Assembly: GCA_021513695.1 (NCBI GenBank) | Contig: CP084166.1 | Coordinates: 2,304,001-2,368,000 of the forward strand | From: Candidatus Heimdallarchaeum aukensis | Lineage (GTDB): Archaea; Asgardarchaeota; Heimdallarchaeia; Heimdallarchaeales; Heimdallarchaeaceae | Reading direction: 5' to 3' | DNA: 64,000 bases | Part shown: positions 59,282 through 64,000 of the stretch, piece after piece | Layout: every line of letters begins with the position of its first letter | How positions within the stretch are numbered: the first letter of the stretch is position 1 | Notes under the pieces: generated by a model | What the model saw: only the letters and a program-made list of their open reading frames with translations | What the model was told of the DNA's origin: nothing | Databases searched by the model: none | Position numbers and translations under genes: made by a program

Positions 59282-59970
59282 ATAAGGAGCTTTTAAAACC
59301 TAAAGTAACAATTAATGTTGCTTGTTCGCTCGATGGGATAATAGCTACAAATAAAGGTCCTTTGGATCTATCTAATGAAGAAGATTGGTTACGTGTTCAT
59401 GATTTAAGAAATAATTCTGATGCCATTTTAGTAGGTATAAACACAATAATTAATGATAACCCTGGGCTGAAGATTAAAAGAGTTGATTTAACTCCTCCGC
59501 ATCCCTACAGAGTTGTTCTTGATAGCAATGCTAGAATACCTTTAGATGCTAAAGTTTTAAGAGAACAAGAAGTTTTTCCTACTATCTTATTTGTATCTAA
59601 TATCACTGAATCAAAATTTCTTGAACTTAAAGAAAAAGGAGTATCAGTTGAAGTTGTAAAAGAAATAGAAAAAGGTTTTCTAGATCTTGAGATGGTACTA
59701 GACATCCTATACAGAAAATATAATGTTAGAAATCTGATGGTTGAAGGTGGAGGAAAAATAATTACCAGTTTTGTAATCCATAAACTTGTCGACGAAATGA
59801 TTATTTTTTATGCACCAATTTTAGTAGGTTCTATAGATGGAGTTCCACTATTTCCAAAAAAAGCAAAAGAAAAAATATTAGAGCATGATAGAATTAAAAA
59901 TATCATTCACGAAAGAATAGGAGATGGCTTTCTCATCAAAATTCAGTATGGAGAAAACAAATGTCAATAG
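59278..59970 (+). CDS. RibD-C-terminal-domain reductase (archaeal 2,5-diamino-6-ribosylamino-4(3H)-pyrimidinone 5'-phosphate reductase, ArfC/MjaRED-like)
   Basis: DHFR-like fold motifs: VACSLDGIIA, ILVGINTIINDNPGL, MVEGGGKIITSFV. About 230 aa. It lies directly upstream of cofG/cofH. Confidence 0.65.
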   Translation: MNKELLKPKVTINVACSLDGIIATNKGPLDLSNEEDWLRVHDLRNNSDAILVGINTIINDNPGLKIKRVDLTPPHPYRVVLDSNARIPLDAKVLREQEVFPTILFVSNITESKFLELKEKGVSVEVVKEIEKGFLDLEMVLDILYRKYNVRNLMVEGGGKIITSFVIHKLVDEMIIFYAPILVGSIDGVPLFPKKAKEKILEHDRIKNIIHERIGDGFLIKIQYGENKCQ

Positions 59971-61019
59971 AAGAATATCTCAACTTTATAGAAAATGAAC
60001 AGTGTGATCTTCTTGTTAAAGCAAATGAAATAAGGTCTAAAAATTATTCAAATCAAGTAACTTTTTCAAGAAATTACTTTGTTCCTGTAACTCGACAGTG
60101 TAGAAACAATTGTAGATACTGCAGTTTTTCAAATTCAGATGTCTCAAGTTGGGTGAATCTCTCACAGTTTCAACTACACCTTGAAACAGCTAAAAAAAAC
60201 AATTGTTTAGAACTTTTACTAACAATGGGCGAAAAGCCAGAAGAGCGCTACGAAAGCGCTAGAAATTTTCTCGAATCTAATAATTTTAGTTCTTCTGCTG
60301 AGTATGTTGCTCGCTTGTGTGAATTAGCAATAGAAAGAAAACTTCTTCCTCATTCAAATTTAGGAGTATTAAACTACGAAGAATTATCCTTGTTAAAACC
60401 AGTTAATGCAAGTATGGGTCTTATGTTGGAAAGTTCAAGTACTCGATTATTACAGAAAGATATGCCTCATTTCAACTCTGTTGGAAAAGATCCTGAAAAA
60501 CGATTAAAAACTATTGAAAATGCAGGTAAATTGAAGATACCTTTTACTACTGGCATTCTTGTTGGTATTGGAGAAACATGGGAAGAACGTGTTCAGAGTC
60601 TTCTAGATATCGCCTACTTAAGCAAAAAATATGACCATATCCAAGAAGTAATAGTTCAAAACTTTAATCCTCAAAGTAACACATTAATGAAGAATCATCC
60701 TCCTCCAACTGAAGAAGACTTTTTACTAACTGTCGCTTTAGCACGACTTATACTCCCTTCACATGTTAGTATTCAAGTTCCACCAAATCTAAATAAACAG
60801 AGAATAGTGAAAGCTTTAACCTACGGTGCTAATGACTTAGGAGGAATGTCTCCTGTAACATCAGATTATATTAACCCTGATGAACCTTGGCCCAACGAAT
60901 ATGAACTTAACCAATACTTAAAACAAGAAAATTTTACTCTAATTCAAAGACTCCCTGTATACGCACGATACATCAAGTATTTAAGTAGTGAGTTGAAAAA
61001 CATCATTAATCAATTGTAA
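59961..61019 (+). CDS. cofG: 7,8-didemethyl-8-hydroxy-5-deazariboflavin (FO) synthase subunit CofG (radical SAM)
   Basis: The radical-SAM motif CRNNCRYCSF lies within NYFVPVTRQCRNNCRYC, the characteristic CofG context. About 350 aa. Confidence 0.8.
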   Translation: MSIEEYLNFIENEQCDLLVKANEIRSKNYSNQVTFSRNYFVPVTRQCRNNCRYCSFSNSDVSSWVNLSQFQLHLETAKKNNCLELLLTMGEKPEERYESARNFLESNNFSSSAEYVARLCELAIERKLLPHSNLGVLNYEELSLLKPVNASMGLMLESSSTRLLQKDMPHFNSVGKDPEKRLKTIENAGKLKIPFTTGILVGIGETWEERVQSLLDIAYLSKKYDHIQEVIVQNFNPQSNTLMKNHPPPTEEDFLLTVALARLILPSHVSIQVPPNLNKQRIVKALTYGANDLGGMSPVTSDYINPDEPWPNEYELNQYLKQENFTLIQRLPVYARYIKYLSSELKNIINQL

Positions 61020-61025
61020 GGAGAA

Positions 61026-62153
61026 TTGATAAAAATAAAACTGACTCCCAAGGTTGATACTTTTTTAACATTAGAAGAAATTATTTCCAAATCTTCAGCT
61101 GAAATAGAATATGTTTACTCCCTTCTTAAAAAAAGAGGAAAAAATCTTTTTAATCTAATAAAAGAAGCAGATGAAATACGCTTTAAATTAGTTGGAGATA
61201 AAGTGAGTTTTGTTGTTAATTACAACATAAACTTCACAAATTACTGTGTTGGTTCATGTAAATTTTGTTCGTTCAAAAATAGTAACAACTCGCTAATAAA
61301 AGGATACAGAATGGATACTGATAAATTCAAAGAATCAGTAGAAGATGCTATTAAGAAAGGAGTAAGTGAAATTTGTATCCAAGGGGGGTTGGATCCTACT
61401 TTTACGTATGAGAATTATTTAGAACTAATAAAAATCATACGAAGAATTTCTCCTACTGTCCATATTCATGCATTTTCACCTTCTGAAATAGCGTATATGT
61501 CACACATTAGTGAAGAAAATGTTGAAGATGTATTTAGAGAGTTAAAGTCTAAAGGACTGAATTCATTTCCTGGTACTGCAGCAGAAATATTAAATGATGA
61601 GGTTAGAAAAGTTATTTGCCCAGAAAAAATAACAACACAAGAATGGATAGACATTGTTATTACAGGGCATAACCTCGGAATACATTCCTCTTCAACTATG
61701 ATGTATGGTCACATAGAATCTTTACTAGATGAAGCAAAACACTTGGTTATCCTAAAGAAAATTCAAGAAGAAACAGGAATGTTTACAGAGTTTGTACCAT
61801 TGCCTTTTATTCATCATTATACTCTACTCTACAATAAATACGGTGCCCAACCAGGAAGTACGGGATTACATGACTTAACTATATTTAGTTCAGCAAGAGT
61901 ATATTTTGATAGTAGTATTCCTAATATTCAAGTATCTTGGCCTAAACTTGGCCTAAAATTTGCTCAATTTTCCTTGTATGCTGGTGTCAATGATTTAGGG
62001 GGAACACTTTTCCATGAGAATATTTCTAAAAGTGCTGGAGCAAGATACGGAGAATTCACATCTGTTGATGATTTTGTTAGAATAATCGCAGATGCTGGAA
62101 GAATTCCTGTTCAAAGAAATACGATATATAAGGAAATACTATCTTATGAGTAA
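61026..62153 (+). CDS. cofH: FO synthase subunit CofH (radical SAM)
   Basis: The radical-SAM motif CVGSCKFCSF lies within VNYNINFTNYCVGSCKFC, the characteristic CofH context. About 375 aa, immediately after cofG. Confidence 0.8.
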   Translation: MIKIKLTPKVDTFLTLEEIISKSSAEIEYVYSLLKKRGKNLFNLIKEADEIRFKLVGDKVSFVVNYNINFTNYCVGSCKFCSFKNSNNSLIKGYRMDTDKFKESVEDAIKKGVSEICIQGGLDPTFTYENYLELIKIIRRISPTVHIHAFSPSEIAYMSHISEENVEDVFRELKSKGLNSFPGTAAEILNDEVRKVICPEKITTQEWIDIVITGHNLGIHSSSTMMYGHIESLLDEAKHLVILKKIQEETGMFTEFVPLPFIHHYTLLYNKYGAQPGSTGLHDLTIFSSARVYFDSSIPNIQVSWPKLGLKFAQFSLYAGVNDLGGTLFHENISKSAGARYGEFTSVDDFVRIIADAGRIPVQRNTIYKEILSYE

Positions 62154-62262
62154 GAAAACCTATTTTGTTTTTCTTCTTATTGTATATTTTCTTTCTACTA
62201 TCAACGTTCAAAGAGTAAAATAACCTTTTTATGTAATGATTTCCACTTTAGAATAGAAGTCG

Positions 62263-63123
62263 ATGTCACCTAGCAAAACAAAAGAGCCTATAAATATATT
62301 TAAAGCGCTTTCTAATCCAATTAGAAGAAACCTAGTTAGTTTTATAGGTGACAAAACAAGATATGGCGATTCTGTTTCTTTTACTCAAATTCAACAAGAA
62401 TTTAATATGAAAGTAGGAACTCTATACCACCATCTTGACTCATTAGGGGACTTGATTACACAAGATGAGAAGAAAAAGTATTTACTTACTCCCAAAGGAG
62501 TTCAAGCTTATAATTTAATAGAAGATAAGATCGATGCATTTGCAAAGGAAATGCCCACATTTGGACCTTTTTCTTTTTTACATAGAGTTTTTTTACGTAA
62601 TTACTTCGAAAAAATTCAGTCTGATCCCTTACGCTTTTTAGGTATTTCACTATTTATTTTTTCTGGGTTGGTGACTGGTTCGTATTTCTTATCTTATGGG
62701 CCAATCTTCATATTTCCCACTTTAATAAGTCCACAATTCTTAACCCCTGTTCTATTTGTTCTATCGGCATTAGTTATTTATTTACTCATAGAGCTTTTTA
62801 CTTCTCTTTTTTTTAGGAAAACAACAGACAAACTAGCCTTATTTCAAGCTGTTCTCTATTCTCAAATCCCTTTGTTTATCTTTTCAATTATTGAGTATTT
62901 TGTTATGGATGTAGACTACTCTGTTTCACCTTTAGACATCTCTATTTGGCTTTTCTTGCTCTTAATTTTCATTCAGCTATTATTCTTAGGAGTAATTATT
63001 GAAGCACTGATTGTTATTAAAGGATTAAGAATGGAGAAAGCAGGTTTGATAGCACTATTGGTAATCTATTTGCTTAATCTTTTCTCATTTTTATTATTAA
63101 GGGGGTTGGTGGTGAGCATATGA
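62263..63123 (+). CDS. membrane-anchored winged-helix (ArsR-like) transcriptional regulator
   Basis: N-terminal wHTH (FKALSNPIRRNLVSFIGDK...VSFTQIQQEFNMKVGTLYHHLDSL), followed by about five TM helices. Confidence 0.5.
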   Translation: MSPSKTKEPINIFKALSNPIRRNLVSFIGDKTRYGDSVSFTQIQQEFNMKVGTLYHHLDSLGDLITQDEKKKYLLTPKGVQAYNLIEDKIDAFAKEMPTFGPFSFLHRVFLRNYFEKIQSDPLRFLGISLFIFSGLVTGSYFLSYGPIFIFPTLISPQFLTPVLFVLSALVIYLLIELFTSLFFRKTTDKLALFQAVLYSQIPLFIFSIIEYFVMDVDYSVSPLDISIWLFLLLIFIQLLFLGVIIEALIVIKGLRMEKAGLIALLVIYLLNLFSFLLLRGLVVSI

Positions 63124-64000
63124 AAAAGTTACAAAATTTTCGAATTAAGTTCACTAACCTAGTATTCGAAAAAATTCGAAATAAAGCTTTTTCAAGAGAG
63201 AAAAGTATACTCTTTTTGAGAGCGAGTAAGTTGAAAAGTGCATTATATTCTAATCAGATTCCAATAGCCCCATCATCTCTGAAACGATACATTGCACTTT
63301 TACTCCTCTCACTTATGCTTTTCTCTTCTCCTCTTCTAGCTCGTGGATTGACCTATGATGGTAGTCCACGAGCTCTTTCTTCCATAAATGTTTCTTCAAC
63401 ATTATACCAAGAAAAATTGAGTTTTATAACAGGAAAAAATGATAGTTTATTGGCTAGTTTGTCATTAAAAGGAGGAAACATGGATTTTGATATGGAAATC
63501 CCATCATCAATTTTATACAAAATAAAAGATCTCTCCCTTATTGTTTCAAACCAAACTTTCTTTCAAGATGTTTGGACTAATCCTTTATGGAGATATCCAA
63601 CTGGGCTGAATATATTGTTTACAATTAATTCACAAAATCCAACTGTTGTAGAAAATGCTATTCATGATATAATGACAATCATAAACAATCAATATAATGT
63701 AAGCTCAATTGTTTATTCTATTAATTCTTTTAATGAAGGAGAAACTAAAGTTTCGATCTTTTCATTCATTGACTTCTTTTTACAGAAAGAAATATTTACT
63801 GATATTTTTGGAATTAATGAGACTGTAAGTAATGGAAATTTTGTTTCTCTTTTTCATTCTCAATTATTAAAACGTCCATCTGTTTATGCCTTTGGTTTTT
63901 ATCTATTTCTAAGAAATGGTGAGATTCAATATCTTACTCGAAAAGCGTTTGTGTCCATAAAAGAGAAAATTCCTGTGGTGAACAATGAACGATTGCTTGA
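63120..64000 (+). CDS. hypothetical secreted/membrane-anchored protein, 3'-truncated by the window end
   Basis: An ATG at 63120 overlaps the upstream stop (ATGA). The frame stays open to base 64000. There is a signal-peptide-like hydrophobic segment (IALLLLSLMLFSSPLLARG) and several N-x-S/T sequons. It is not in the ORF track because it lacks a stop within the window. Confidence 0.35.
   Translation, partial: MKKLQNFRIKFTNLVFEKIRNKAFSREKSILFLRASKLKSALYSNQIPIAPSSLKRYIALLLLSLMLFSSPLLARGLTYDGSPRALSSINVSSTLYQEKLSFITGKNDSLLASLSLKGGNMDFDMEIPSSILYKIKDLSLIVSNQTFFQDVWTNPLWRYPTGLNILFTINSQNPTVVENAIHDIMTIINNQYNVSSIVYSINSFNEGETKVSIFSFIDFFLQKEIFTDIFGINETVSNGNFVSLFHSQLLKRPSVYAFGFYLFLRNGEIQYLTRKAFVSIKEKIPVVNNERLL

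Overview
This is a 64-kb, AT-rich window that looks archaeal and is densely coding, with genes on both strands and many 1-4 nt start/stop overlaps. It is likely from an Asgard-like or otherwise AT-rich archaeon, but the lineage cannot be confirmed from sequence alone.

Housekeeping and metabolic content:
- A divergent molybdenum-cofactor cluster: moaC, moaA and a MOSC-domain gene on the minus strand, and moeA plus mogA/moaB on the plus strand.
- A nearby WtpABC/ModABC-type oxoanion ABC transporter.
- Hjc resolvase, Pelota, a radical-SAM enzyme, an NcsA/Ctu1-type tRNA thiolase, a Trm5-family methyltransferase and geranylgeranyl reductase.
- An NfnAB/SudBA-like pair, a GNAT acetyltransferase, CDC48, a CoA-disulfide-reductase fused to a rhodanese domain, a CBS-domain protein, ThyX and aEF-2.
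- An F420 set: cofE, split cofG/cofH, and an FrhB-family protein, plus a pyrimidine reductase that is translationally coupled to a deaminase-type amidohydrolase.

RNA genes not present in the ORF track:
- An SRP (7S) RNA at about 10542-10878.
- tRNA-Val(CAC) at 22058-22132, with its CCA encoded.
- An unexplained GC-rich structured element just upstream of the tRNA.

Eukaryote-signature-like proteins:
- A Ras/Rab-like small GTPase immediately downstream of a roadblock/longin-like gene.
- A tandem-roadblock protein.
- A protein with a C-terminal V4R (TRAPP/Bet3-like) domain.

The most striking feature is two paralogous, co-directional 7-gene membrane modules at 33340-41339 and 42339-55515.
- Each has the same core order: a membrane protein with a cytoplasmic DUF4129-like tail, a DUF4350-like protein, a MoxR AAA+ ATPase, a DUF58 protein and a polytopic membrane protein.
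- Each is headed by a protease-fold membrane protein. In module 1 this is a PrsW/CPBP-like protein with a double zinc ribbon. In module 2 it is a TgpA-like transglutaminase-fold protein whose catalytic Cys and His are replaced.
- Module 2 also encodes a 1234-aa Thr/Ser/Asn-rich surface protein full of N-glycosylation sequons.

No CRISPR array, rRNA or clear mobile element was seen. An orphan C5-cytosine methyltransferase abuts the tRNA gene.
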